Of a stretch of DNA of 64,000 nucleotides, positions 9,064-18,601 are shown one piece after another. The translations under genes were made by a program, and so were the position numbers. Position 1 is the first letter of the stretch. Each line of letters begins with the position of its first letter. Source of the DNA: Isosphaeraceae bacterium. GTDB taxonomy: Bacteria; Planctomycetota; Planctomycetia; Isosphaerales; Isosphaeraceae. The stretch lies in NCBI GenBank assembly GCA_965201075.1, contig CBDAVP010000001.1, positions 1-64,000 on the forward strand. The letters run 5' to 3'. The notes under the pieces are model-generated. The model was given only the letters and a program-made list of their open reading frames with translations, did not search any database and was not told the DNA's origin.

Positions 9064-10206
9064 TCAGCGCTGCACGCGACCGCCGTCGGCCCCCAGCCTG
9101 GAGAGCAGGCCGTGGGGAGGCCCCCAACGAGCGTCGGGGTTGAACGCATCGGCGCTGGCCAGGGTAGGGGGGTCGGCCTGGACGTCGAGGAACCGGTATG
9201 ACTCCAGGAGCGACCCATCAGCGGCGCGGCGCTCCACCAGCGCCGGCAGGTGAGTCGTGGGGTCGAAGTCAAGCACCCCGGTTTCACCGCCAGCGAAGGT
9301 CGCCACCACCTTGTCGCAGGGACGGGCAAACCCCTCGGGCGTCTCGGTGCCGGCCATTCGCACCTTCGTCGAGGCAGTGTCGGCCAGGTCGTGGGCGAAG
9401 GTCGTCAGGATCGACTCGAACCCCGCTTCGGTGATCGGGTGGCGGCTATTTCTCATGACCAGTGGGCTATTGGGATCAAGCGCCATCCGGGGAATCAGGC
9501 CGTGGGGCAAGGAGATGTACATCGGACCGCCGTCCACGTAAATGGACTCACGCCCCTTATGAGGACCGTCGGGCCACTCCAGCCGAACGGCCCGAGGGTT
9601 CTTGCGGATGCTGACGATCACATCCTCGGCCGCGGGCAAAGCGGCGCCGAGGCGTTCCTGGCGGGTCAGCCGAACCTGGTAGCTGGCCATCGCATCCAGG
9701 CGGGTACGGGCCTGGGCCAGCAGCGACTCGGGGGTCGGCGCGGCTTCGACCGGTTCAGGCTTCGGCCGGGACTTCGGCGTCGAGACGGTCCGCTCGGAGG
9801 CTCGGGACGAGGGTCGGGAACGGGAGGATCGACTGGACCCTTCCACGGAATCCAACGGCGGCAGCAAGGTCACCGCGATCGGCCCAGCGCCCGGAGTGGT
9901 CGCCGAGGTCCGCATCGCCTCGACTTCAGGTTCGCCGAGGCTCTCACCCTGGGCCAGCATCGGCATATCCGACACCGCCGCGGTGGCTCGCGAAGGGGTC
10001 GATTTTGGGCCGTTGTCGGCAAGGACCTCCCCGTGGGGATATGTCCCGGAGGGATCAACGGCTCCCAGCAAGGGGGGCTCGCCTTTCGACGTCCGGCGGA
10101 TCGACCACTCCCGAGCGCAGCCGGATCCCAAGAGGCCGGTGGCGAGGGCGAGAATCACCGTTCCGAAACCCGATCGTGTGCGGGTGCGATCCTTCGCGGG
10201 GGGCAT
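9064..10206 (-). CDS. DUF1571-domain lipoprotein
   Basis: Lipobox LGSGC. C-terminal 'RQERLG...LPAAE...IRKNPRAVRLEW..GPHKGRE...SRHPITEAGF'. Confidence 0.8.
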   Translation of the reverse strand: MPPAKDRTRTRSGFGTVILALATGLLGSGCAREWSIRRTSKGEPPLLGAVDPSGTYPHGEVLADNGPKSTPSRATAAVSDMPMLAQGESLGEPEVEAMRTSATTPGAGPIAVTLLPPLDSVEGSSRSSRSRPSSRASERTVSTPKSRPKPEPVEAAPTPESLLAQARTRLDAMASYQVRLTRQERLGAALPAAEDVIVSIRKNPRAVRLEWPDGPHKGRESIYVDGGPMYISLPHGLIPRMALDPNSPLVMRNSRHPITEAGFESILTTFAHDLADTASTKVRMAGTETPEGFARPCDKVVATFAGGETGVLDFDPTTHLPALVERRAADGSLLESYRFLDVQADPPTLASADAFNPDARWGPPHGLLSRLGADGGRVQR

Positions 10207-10391
10207 CGCCGAATCTCCCTCCCCGGTCGGTCGGGGCCTGCCGCTGCCTCGCGCCCTCCCGTCCCGGTCGGCTCGACTTCCGGGGGGAGGGGGGGTGCTG
10301 ACGCCAAATATCAGAACTAGGCCGGTCTGGCAACCCGAACCCCGCAAGATCTCGCGAAAAAGTGAGCCTTTCGCCCCGCGATTGGCCCGGG

Positions 10392-12101
10392 TCAAGACCG
10401 ATTCGCGAAATCTCCGGCCAGCTCGAGTCCCCGAAAGGTCGCCAGGGCGTCGAGGTCCGGCATCAGGCAGGGCTGCTTATACTGTTCGACGGTCCCCCCG
10501 CTCTTGGCCAGCCGCCGTTTCTGGAAATCGGCCCACGAGCCCGCAGGAAGGAGGCGCGTGACGATCGGGCCGAGTCGGAGGGTCGCCCGCTTATTCTCAT
10601 ACTCCACATTTACTCGCTGCAACTGAGCCTCAACCTCGGCCGCTAGCCGTTGGGCCGAGCCCGGCGCGGGCAAGTCTTCGGCTTCCACGAGCAGTTGATA
10701 ATGAGGAGGCTCGCCCCAACTGGGAAGCAGCAAAAACGACTTCAAGCGAAGGCCCAGAGTCTCCCGGGCCGCCGTCACCGCCGCGACCACCTGGAACTCC
10801 GACAACTTCTCTCCCGTCATGCTGGAGAAGTGCGCTCCTTTGTTGAGGAACTGAAGCACCGGGGCCCGCCCGTGAAACCCGACGCACTGCACCAGGTCGT
10901 AAATCTGATAGCGGTAAAGACCCCCGGCGGTGGTCGGCAGGATGTAATACCGACGCCCTTCGATCAGGTCAGTCGCCTCGACGGTCTCGGGTTCGTCGCG
11001 GTCGCCCTGGTCCTCGGGGATGAATTCGAAGTAGTGATGGCGGATGTCGAGGATGCCAGCGGGCGTCCCGTCCTCGATTGGGATCGTCATCCGCCCTTCC
11101 GAGGCGATCAGACCCGGGTCGCGAACCGGGCAGTCGCCGAAGAACTCGGGATACTGGCCGAGGTAGGCCCCCATCGTCCCGCCGGTCCAGTTAGCCAGGA
11201 ATTGCAGGTTCGGCCAGTAATCCCTGGGGAGCAGTCGGCCCGTGCGGGAGACAATCTCCTCCAGGCGAGCCGCGACCGCCTTGCGCTTCCAGCGAGTTTT
11301 GGGCCGGATCGCGGCGCGGACTTCGGGCGGGATCTCCCAGCGAGAATCGACCGTGCCGTTGGCCAGGTCGCGAATCAAGGTGGCGTGCTCGCGATCCCCC
11401 AGCCTCGCGATCGCCAGCACCGTGCTGGGGTTGGCGGCGATGATCGTTCCCAGGTCTCGATGAACCGCCAGCCTCAGGGCGACGTAGTACTTCGACGCCA
11501 CGTCCTTGATCCGCGACGCCGCCGGGTGCATGCAGTAAACCGTCCTCACCAGGCGGCTTTGCATGTGGGCGGTCAAGCCGGTGATCGCACCACAAGGTAT
11601 GCCCGAGGGAGTGACGCTCTCTCGCCAGTCACTGGCCATCTGGAGGATCGGCCGCAAGCCCCCTTCCAGCATCCCCGGGTGATCGTCGAAGGCGCGGATG
11701 CCCCAGATCAACCAGCCGTGACGGTAGTGTTTGAGAGACTCCTCGGTGACGGGAATCGTCTTGGGACGGGCGGTGGTCCCCGACGTGTTGGCGAACATCA
11801 AAACGCGCGTGCCAGGACCGAACAGGGCGGAAACGTCCCCCTTGCGCACGCGGTCGATGTACGGCTCGTGGCCGTCATAGCCGCGGATCGGCACCCGTCG
11901 GCGGAAGTCGGCGGCATTGCGAATCTCGCCGAAGTGATGGTCGCGGCCGAACTGGCTGTCGGCGTTGCGGGCGATCTGGCTGAGGAGGCGTTCTCGTTGG
12001 ACCTCGGGGGCGTGGGCCGTCTGGTCGAGGAACTCGGCGGCCAGGGCCCGAGTCCGTCGCATTTGCGGGCGACCAGCATACTTGCGAATTAGCCTGAACA
12101 T
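10392..12101 (-). CDS. GH3-family adenylate-forming (acyl acid-amido synthetase-like) enzyme
   Basis: TSGTTARPKTIP, LIASEG, GLYRYQIYD, GEKLSE and EQYKQP motifs; ATG at 12101. Confidence 0.9.
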   Translation of the reverse strand: MFRLIRKYAGRPQMRRTRALAAEFLDQTAHAPEVQRERLLSQIARNADSQFGRDHHFGEIRNAADFRRRVPIRGYDGHEPYIDRVRKGDVSALFGPGTRVLMFANTSGTTARPKTIPVTEESLKHYRHGWLIWGIRAFDDHPGMLEGGLRPILQMASDWRESVTPSGIPCGAITGLTAHMQSRLVRTVYCMHPAASRIKDVASKYYVALRLAVHRDLGTIIAANPSTVLAIARLGDREHATLIRDLANGTVDSRWEIPPEVRAAIRPKTRWKRKAVAARLEEIVSRTGRLLPRDYWPNLQFLANWTGGTMGAYLGQYPEFFGDCPVRDPGLIASEGRMTIPIEDGTPAGILDIRHHYFEFIPEDQGDRDEPETVEATDLIEGRRYYILPTTAGGLYRYQIYDLVQCVGFHGRAPVLQFLNKGAHFSSMTGEKLSEFQVVAAVTAARETLGLRLKSFLLLPSWGEPPHYQLLVEAEDLPAPGSAQRLAAEVEAQLQRVNVEYENKRATLRLGPIVTRLLPAGSWADFQKRRLAKSGGTVEQYKQPCLMPDLDALATFRGLELAGDFANRS

Positions 12102-12171
12102 GGCCGGCCCTTCTCGGTTGGTCGCCCGAGGCCCATCGTTCGCGGCCGAAAACCCATTCCGACGATCGCGA

Positions 12172-13207
12172 TCACGAAGCCGCCGGCAAGGCCCGCCCGC
12201 TTGCCGCGGGAACGGTCTCGGCCGACGCCCCGCCGAGTCGGACCGCGCGTCGGGGAGCCACCCGCCGGAAGAAGCCGACGAGATGGTCACGATAGGCCGC
12301 CGGATCAATCTCCCGGCAGCGGTTGTGTTTCGCCTTGGGGACGATCCAAAATTCCTTCCCCTCGGGCCGGGCCTGGGCGAACAGGCGACTGGCGATCTTG
12401 GGGGGAATGTAGGCGTCTTTTTCGCCGTGGATCATTAGCCATGGGCGCGGTCCGAGGCGCCTCACCGCCCCCTCGACGTCCTCGTAACGGCAGCCACGCT
12501 CCCACTCAATCCGCAGCCGACCGGTCCAGGAGACCATGTCGTACAGCCAGCGGGGGATCAAATGGGCGTAAAACTTGTCCCCCACGTAAATCTGGCCGAA
12601 TCGCTCGATGTAGGCCGAAACCGTGCCTCGGGTGGGAAACGCTCCGTCGGTAACAACCCCCCAGACGGAAGACTCGCGGCCGGCCAGGCAAAGCGCCGCG
12701 GCGCCCCCTCGACTCACGCCAAAAAGCCCCACCCCCGCCGGGTCCGCATCGGGCCGCTTTCGCAAGTAGGCCAACACCGCTCGCAGATCCCGCACTTCTC
12801 GGTTGGAGACCCACTGCATCGGAACGTACCCGTCTTCCTTATCACTCTGCCCATGATGGCGGAAGTCAAAGGCGAAGAGGTCGAACCCATCATCCCGAAG
12901 CGCCTCGGCGTAAGGCCCCACACTGTTGCGGTCCCCCGAGGAACTCGTGGCAGAAGACAATCACTCCCACCCGATTCCCCGTCCTGGCCTTGAGATAGGT
13001 CCCTGCCAGCTCGATTCCGTCCCGGGTCGAGAACCGGACGTTCTCCCCCTCGGCGTTGGGAGCGATTCGCATCGGCATGAACAGGGGGGCCTCGCCGAAA
13101 ACCCGCCCCACCCAAGGCGTGTAACGGATCAAGACGTAGAGCGTGAACGCCAGAACCAACACCGGGATCATGGCGACCGTCAAAGTTAGGACGGTGAGGC
13201 TGGACAC
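12172..13207 (-). pseudogene. Membrane-anchored alpha/beta hydrolase, split by a +1 frameshift in a G5 run (12933-12937)
   Basis: N-terminal TM and 'VIVFCHEFL' in one frame. 'GDRNS...FDFRHHGQS...GVSRGG...IHGEKD...AKHN' (Ser-Asp-His triad) in another. Removing one G joins them. Confidence 0.85.
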
Positions 13208-13552
13208 GAGGTAAGGCTCCGGGGGCGACGCGAGCGAAGTCGGGTCAAACGATGAGCCACCGGGCCCGACCGGCGCGGAGAATTGGTAGCCGGTCCGCGC
13301 CGACCCCAGTCCCCGTCGGGTCTCATAACCAGGTTATCGGTCGGTAATCTAGGAAACTTGCGAAGACCTGGAAAGATTCGCGGCGTGCGGGACGGAGCGA
13401 ACCTTGGCCACTCCGCCGTCCCGCATCTTCTTAATATAAACCACACGGGCAAGTCACGAGCCAGCCGGAGAGATTTTCAACCCGCGATTTTTGACGCGGG
13501 AAAGCGTGGCGGGCTGAGGGCCGTTCGTGGAACAGGGATTAGAGACCGGGTC

Positions 13553-14839
13553 TCAGCCGGCGAACCGTCGCAGGACCAGCGAGGTGTTTTGACCGCCGAA
13601 GCCGAAGCTGTTGGAGAGGGTGACGTCAACGGCCTTGCGACGGGCTTCGTGGGGTATGTAGTCGAGGTCGCAGTCGACGTCGGGGTTGTCGAGGTTGATC
13701 GTCGGGGGGACAACGCCGTCGCGGATAGTCAGAAGGCAGACAATCGCCTCGACGCTGCCGGCCGCGGCGATCAGGTGACCCATCATGCTCTTGGTGCTGG
13801 AGGTGGGCACCTTACCGGCGACCTCGCCGAACGCTTTCTTGATGGCCAGGGTTTCGATCGAGTCATTGACCGAAGTGCTGGTGCCGTGAGCATTAATGTA
13901 GTCGACATCCTCGGGGTTGACCCGGGCATCGGACAGGGCCTCGCGGATGCAGGCGATGGCGCCTCGGCCTTCCTCGTGAGTGTCGGTGAGGCGGAAGGCA
14001 TCTGCCGTCGAGCCGTAGCCGAGGACTTCTCCGTAGATCGTCGCGCCGCGGCGTCGGGCGTGTTCCAATTCTTCCAGGATGACCATGCCCGAGCCTTCGC
14101 CCAGGATGAACCCGTCGCGGTCGCGGTCAAACGGACGACTGGCGCGGGCCGGCTCGTCGTTGCGGGTGGAGAGGGCCGTCAGGAGGTTGAATCCAGTGAC
14201 GCCGAAGGGGTGGATCATACTATGGGTGCCGCCGGAGAGCATCACGTCGGCGTCGCCCCGTCGGAGAATCTCGGTCGCCTCGCCGATGGCCTGGGAACTC
14301 GCTGCGCAGGCGGTCAGGCAGTTCGCGTTGGGTCCCTGTGCTCCGAACAAACTCGCGAGGTGGCCGGCGGGGGTGCCCGGTTCCTGCTCGGCCTCCTGGA
14401 TCGGGTGAAGAAGGCCCAGGCCCCGGCGGGTGAAGGCGCCGGTATCGACCTTTCCCCCTCGACTGGAGGAGTGAACCAGATTGACGAACCGGGGGAAGTC
14501 CTGCTGTCCCTCGCCCGAGCCGAGGTACACGCCGAACCTCGCGTGGTCGAGCGACTTGTGGTCCATCAAGCCCGAGTGCTTGACGGCCATCGTCGAGGCC
14601 GCCACGGCGAACTGGGTGTTGCGGCAGTGGTCGGTCCAGCGGGTGATGTCCGCGACGTAATCGTCCAGGCGGAAACCGCTGGCCTCGGCGGCGATTTTGG
14701 TGGGGAAGGTGCTGGCGTCAAAGAGGCTGATCGGCCCGACGCCGCTTTTGCCCTCACGCAGGGCCGCCCAGGTCGACTCCAGGTCGCGCCCGACTGGCGT
14801 GACCATTCCCATCCCCGTCACCACGACCCGACGCAACAT
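13553..14839 (-). CDS. fabF: Beta-ketoacyl-ACP synthase (FabF-like, catalytically intact KS)
   Basis: TACAAS (Cys), NAHGTST (His), KSMMGHL (His), SNSFGFGGQN. Confidence 0.93.
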   Translation of the reverse strand: MLRRVVVTGMGMVTPVGRDLESTWAALREGKSGVGPISLFDASTFPTKIAAEASGFRLDDYVADITRWTDHCRNTQFAVAASTMAVKHSGLMDHKSLDHARFGVYLGSGEGQQDFPRFVNLVHSSSRGGKVDTGAFTRRGLGLLHPIQEAEQEPGTPAGHLASLFGAQGPNANCLTACAASSQAIGEATEILRRGDADVMLSGGTHSMIHPFGVTGFNLLTALSTRNDEPARASRPFDRDRDGFILGEGSGMVILEELEHARRRGATIYGEVLGYGSTADAFRLTDTHEEGRGAIACIREALSDARVNPEDVDYINAHGTSTSVNDSIETLAIKKAFGEVAGKVPTSSTKSMMGHLIAAAGSVEAIVCLLTIRDGVVPPTINLDNPDVDCDLDYIPHEARRKAVDVTLSNSFGFGGQNTSLVLRRFAG

Positions 14840-14929
14840 CGGCCTGCCCCCTTCGAGCGAAATCAAAGGCCCGACCATCCGCGACCCCGATGATTTGATC
14901 TTATCTCGCCGGTCCAGTCACCCGAGGAA

Positions 14930-16261
14930 TCAGACGACGCCCGGATTGCCCCGTACCACCAGCGCCGCGGCCTGGCCGTGACGGGTCAGGTTGGTTGTGA
15001 GAAACACCGGGTTGGCCGTCTCTCGGGCCTGGCCACACACCATGTCGAGCTGGCAAGCCGGGTCAGGGTCGTCGCAATTGAGCGCCTGGGGGATCAAGCC
15101 ATGATTGACCCCCAGCAGACTGCCGATCAACTCGACCGCGCCGCAGCCCGAGACCAGATTCCCCATGTAGCCTTTCAACGCCGTGACGGGCACGCCGTTC
15201 TCGCCGAAGACTCGCCCCAATGCCCGCGCCTCGGCCAGGTCCATCACCACGGTCCCGGCGCCGTGGGCGTTGACGTGGCCGATTTCCGAAGGCTTCAACC
15301 CCGCGTCTCGCAAGGCGGCCCTCGCGGCGATCTCGGTTCCAGGTCCCTCGGAGTCGAGCCCGCCGCCGGGTTTGCCGTCGCAGCCGGAGCCGAAGCCCAG
15401 AATCTCTCCGTAAATCTTGGCCCCGCGCTTCAGGGCATGTTCGCGCTCTTCCAGCACAACGATGCCCGCCCCCTCGCCGGGAACCCACCCATCGCGGGTC
15501 CGGTCGAACGGCCGTAACCCCCTGGAGGGCTCACCTTTCCAGTGAGACATTTGGTGCAACAGACTCATCCGGATCAGGCTCAGGGGGTGGATCTTGGAGT
15601 CGGCCCCGCCGCTGACCATGACGTCGGCGCGGCCTCGGGCGATGATCCGGCAGGCCTCACCCACCGCCACGTTGCTGGCGGCCTCGGCCTCGGTGATCGT
15701 GTTGCTAGGCCCCTGGCAGTCCCACAAAATTGAGATATGGCAGGCCAGCATGTTGGGCAGATACTTCAGGAGCCAGATCGGCTCGATGCGGGGGATGCCG
15801 TCCTTGCCCCAGACGTGGTAGTCGAACTCGTCTCCCGCCCCTTCGTCGTAAGACAGGTCAATGGCCGGGGCCAGTTCGTCCAGTTCGGTGGAGATCAGGC
15901 CGGCTCCGAGGTCGACGCCGACGCGAGTGGGGTCGATGCCGGCTCCCGGGACCCCGGCGTCGACCATCGCCAGTTCGGCGGCGGCGACGGCCAGCTGGAT
16001 GTCCCGGGCCATGTACTTGATGTTCTTGCGGAGGTGCTTGAGGTGGTCGGGAAACGCCAGGGTCTTGGGCCAGGCCTTGGCCTCGAAGTCCTTGACCTCG
16101 CCGCCCAGATCGGTGGGCAGACCATCGACCTCGAAGGCGCGGATCTTGCCGACACCTCCTCGACCGTCGGCCAGGGCCGACCAGTTCGGGCCCAGCCCGA
16201 TTCCCAGGGGGCTAATGAGCCCCAGGCCGGTGATCACCACGCGACGTTCGTTCCGGTCCAT
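14930..16261 (-). CDS. FabF-like protein lacking catalytic residues (chain-length-factor-like)
   Basis: EAEAAS in place of TACAAS (Cys->Glu), KGYMGNL (His->Asn), degenerate C-terminal motif TTNLTRHGQ. Confidence 0.88.
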   Translation of the reverse strand: MDRNERRVVITGLGLISPLGIGLGPNWSALADGRGGVGKIRAFEVDGLPTDLGGEVKDFEAKAWPKTLAFPDHLKHLRKNIKYMARDIQLAVAAAELAMVDAGVPGAGIDPTRVGVDLGAGLISTELDELAPAIDLSYDEGAGDEFDYHVWGKDGIPRIEPIWLLKYLPNMLACHISILWDCQGPSNTITEAEAASNVAVGEACRIIARGRADVMVSGGADSKIHPLSLIRMSLLHQMSHWKGEPSRGLRPFDRTRDGWVPGEGAGIVVLEEREHALKRGAKIYGEILGFGSGCDGKPGGGLDSEGPGTEIAARAALRDAGLKPSEIGHVNAHGAGTVVMDLAEARALGRVFGENGVPVTALKGYMGNLVSGCGAVELIGSLLGVNHGLIPQALNCDDPDPACQLDMVCGQARETANPVFLTTNLTRHGQAAALVVRGNPGVV

Positions 16262-16414
16262 GGGCGTCTCGCCAATCTCCCCAGCCGAGCCGGGTCACGT
16301 CCCCCCGCGTCCGACATAGCGACCGGTCCGGGGGTCCGACCGCCCGGATGTTTCCGCTCCCGCTCGAGCCTCTCCCTAGCTTACCCGATCCCACAAGGTC
16401 GACGCTCGAGAACC

Positions 16415-16963
16415 TCAGCCGGAGGCCGTTGGCAGGGAACCCGATGAGGGCCCATTCATCGGCTGGGCCTGGACCTCGATCGCCTGCTTGGCCCGCTCCT
16501 GGGCCTTGGCCAGGTCGAGCACGCCGAGCAACTGCTGGGTGAAGACGAAGTTCTTCGGGCCGAAAATCTGGTTCGACCGGGTGTTGTCCAGGTGGGCGAA
16601 GACGATCTCGACTTCGGCCAGCAACTCGTCCTGCAGGAACGCCTTGCAGTCGACGACGGCCCCCTCGGCCCGAAGATCCGTCAACGTGACCTCGTAGACC
16701 AGTTGGTCGCCAGCGCAAGCCACGCCGTAGAACTCGGCCCTGGGGATTTTCGCCAGGACAACTTTTTCGGCGAACCCTCCGGCCTCGCCCACCAGGATGC
16801 CACCGGCCTGGGCCAGGCCCTCGATGATGAGGGAGGCGGGCATGACCGGGTATCCGGGCAGGTGGTCGTGCAGGTGTTCCTCGGCCAGCGTCAAGTTCTT
16901 GATCGCCCGGGCGAACTCGCCGCTCCGGAATTCCAGGAACTTGTCGATCCAGATCCATCTCAT
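16415..16963 (-). CDS. FabZ-like 3-hydroxyacyl-ACP dehydratase with C-terminal extension
   Basis: HLPGYPVMPASLIIEGLAQ (His and Glu retained). Confidence 0.88.
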   Translation of the reverse strand: MRWIWIDKFLEFRSGEFARAIKNLTLAEEHLHDHLPGYPVMPASLIIEGLAQAGGILVGEAGGFAEKVVLAKIPRAEFYGVACAGDQLVYEVTLTDLRAEGAVVDCKAFLQDELLAEVEIVFAHLDNTRSNQIFGPKNFVFTQQLLGVLDLAKAQERAKQAIEVQAQPMNGPSSGSLPTASG

Positions 16964-16987
16964 GTGGTGGCGCCGGCGGGTTGAGAG

Positions 16988-17024
16988 GGAAAAGGGACCG
17001 GGCGCCCGCCGCCGGGGCCCGGTC
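16988..17024 (-). terminator. Probable stem-loop/terminator after the ACP gene
   Basis: GACCGGGC...GCCCGGTC stem followed by CCTTTTCC on the minus strand. Confidence 0.45.
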
Positions 17025-17052
17025 GACGCGAATCCGTTCGGGTCGGCCGGGT

Positions 17053-17436
17053 TCAGGCCGCCAGTTTGCTGGAAACGTACTGCACCAGCATGTCGACGGT
17101 ATAAAGGTCGAGCAGCTTGTCGACCTCGGGGTTGGCCGCGAAGCCGGAAAGGTCGGCGAAGGGCATGCGTTCTTGCATCTCGGCCAGGCCGCGGGGGGTC
17201 AGCTTGCCGTCCTGGGTGAGATCTGGGTCCGAAACGTTCTCGGGAAAGAGTTCGCCTCGGGGGATCTTGATTCCGAAGTTCCGCTCCAGCCGGAAGACGA
17301 TGTCCAGCAGGTCGATCGACTCGGCACCCAGGTCCTTGAACAACGTGGCGTCAGGGGTGACGTCGTCGTCGTCCACGCCCAGGGCGTCGACCAGGGTGGA
17401 CTGGACCTTCTGATAAATCTCGTCTTGGGTCGGCAT
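17053..17436 (-). CDS. Enlarged acyl carrier protein (127 aa)
   Basis: DLGAESIDLLDIVFRLE (Ppant Ser), about 45 extra residues before the terminal TVDMLVQYV helix. Confidence 0.92.
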   Translation of the reverse strand: MPTQDEIYQKVQSTLVDALGVDDDDVTPDATLFKDLGAESIDLLDIVFRLERNFGIKIPRGELFPENVSDPDLTQDGKLTPRGLAEMQERMPFADLSGFAANPEVDKLLDLYTVDMLVQYVSSKLAA

Positions 17437-17549
17437 GGCGTTGACCATCCTCTGGGGACTTCTTGGCGGCGATCCGATCCCCCCTTGGGGACGTCGGCGG
17501 GGCGGCGCCCGGATCGATCGGGGCCAACCCGGCGGATTCGGGTCCGGCT

Positions 17550-17578
17550 ATCTTGCGATTTTTCCCGAATCCTTGCAA
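17550..17578 (-). promoter_or_regulatory. Putative internal promoter for the ACP gene
   Basis: TTGCAA-N17-CAAGAT. Confidence 0.4.
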
Positions 17579-17641
17579 CATCATCGGTCCGCGCGACGCG
17601 GGCCGTGAGCCGCGTCTCACGAATCCGCCAACCACCACGCG

Positions 17642-18190
17642 TCAGGCGGACCCACCCGTCACCAGAGCCCCAGCCTTTCCATCGGTGGCCCCGATCCGAA
17701 TCATCGCCCGGGCTCCCACCGACCCCTTGCGCAAGGTCGCGTACAGGTCTCGCAGCCCCGCGACGATCTGGGCGTCGGTGGCGTGCAGAGCCGGGTCGCG
17801 TTCTCGCAAGTTGTAACGGGTCAAGGTGATGCGTCCCTGAACCATCACCTGTCCGTCGATCACGCCCTTGCCTTTGAAGGTGCTTTCCCGCTCGCCGTGC
17901 TCGGTCAGTTCGACCCGCAACTCCAACTGGCGGCCGGGCTCGACGAAGCTCCCGTACTTGATGGTCTTGGCCTGCTTCAGGACGATGACGCTGTGGGCGA
18001 AGTCTTCCATGTCGCGGATCAGCCACGCCCCGGCCTGAGTCAGCGCTTCGAGCATGAGAACCCCCGGCATCACGGGGAAGCCGGGGAAGTGGTCGGCCAG
18101 GTATTCCTCGGCGAGCGACAGATTTTTCACCGCCACGAGGCACTTGCCCGGCTGAATCTCGCTGATCCGGTCGATCAAGACGAAGCGCAT
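17642..18190 (-). CDS. fabZ: FabZ-like 3-hydroxyacyl-ACP dehydratase
   Basis: MRFVLIDRI...KNLSLAEEYLADHFPGFPVMPGVLMLEALTQ. Confidence 0.9.
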   Translation of the reverse strand: MRFVLIDRISEIQPGKCLVAVKNLSLAEEYLADHFPGFPVMPGVLMLEALTQAGAWLIRDMEDFAHSVIVLKQAKTIKYGSFVEPGRQLELRVELTEHGERESTFKGKGVIDGQVMVQGRITLTRYNLRERDPALHATDAQIVAGLRDLYATLRKGSVGARAMIRIGATDGKAGALVTGGSA

Positions 18191-18307
18191 GGGAGTCCCC
18201 GGTTCTGGGCTTCGGGCCCGGCCTGACTGGGGGCCGGTGTCGTCGGGCGGACGGGCGAAACGGGCGGGAGGGGGATCGCGGCGACGAATCCGCCCGCGGA
18301 GGGGCCC

Positions 18308-18336
18308 ATCATAGCGCCAAGATCCCGGCCCGGCAA
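18308..18336 (-). promoter_or_regulatory. Putative sigma70 promoter of the FabZ-ACP-KS operon
   Basis: TTGCCG-N17-TATGAT. Confidence 0.55.
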
Positions 18337-18601
18337 GCGGTCTCGACAGGGGGCGACGCTGCCCCCGATGTCGCCAAACTCTACCCCGGCCACGGCCTGC
18401 GTCAAATCCGCCCGCAGACTCCCCCGAACTTACCCGGTCCGCCCGGCGGACATCCTGGGGTGGGATCATTCGGCGGCGGTCTGGCCACGGGGATGCCTTC
18501 CCCTGGTGAACTTCCTATACTGAAACCCCCGAACGTCGACGTGCCGGCGCGTCTCCACTGGAGAGAGGCCGGCGACGGGAGGGACCTCGCGAGGCCGCCC
18601 C

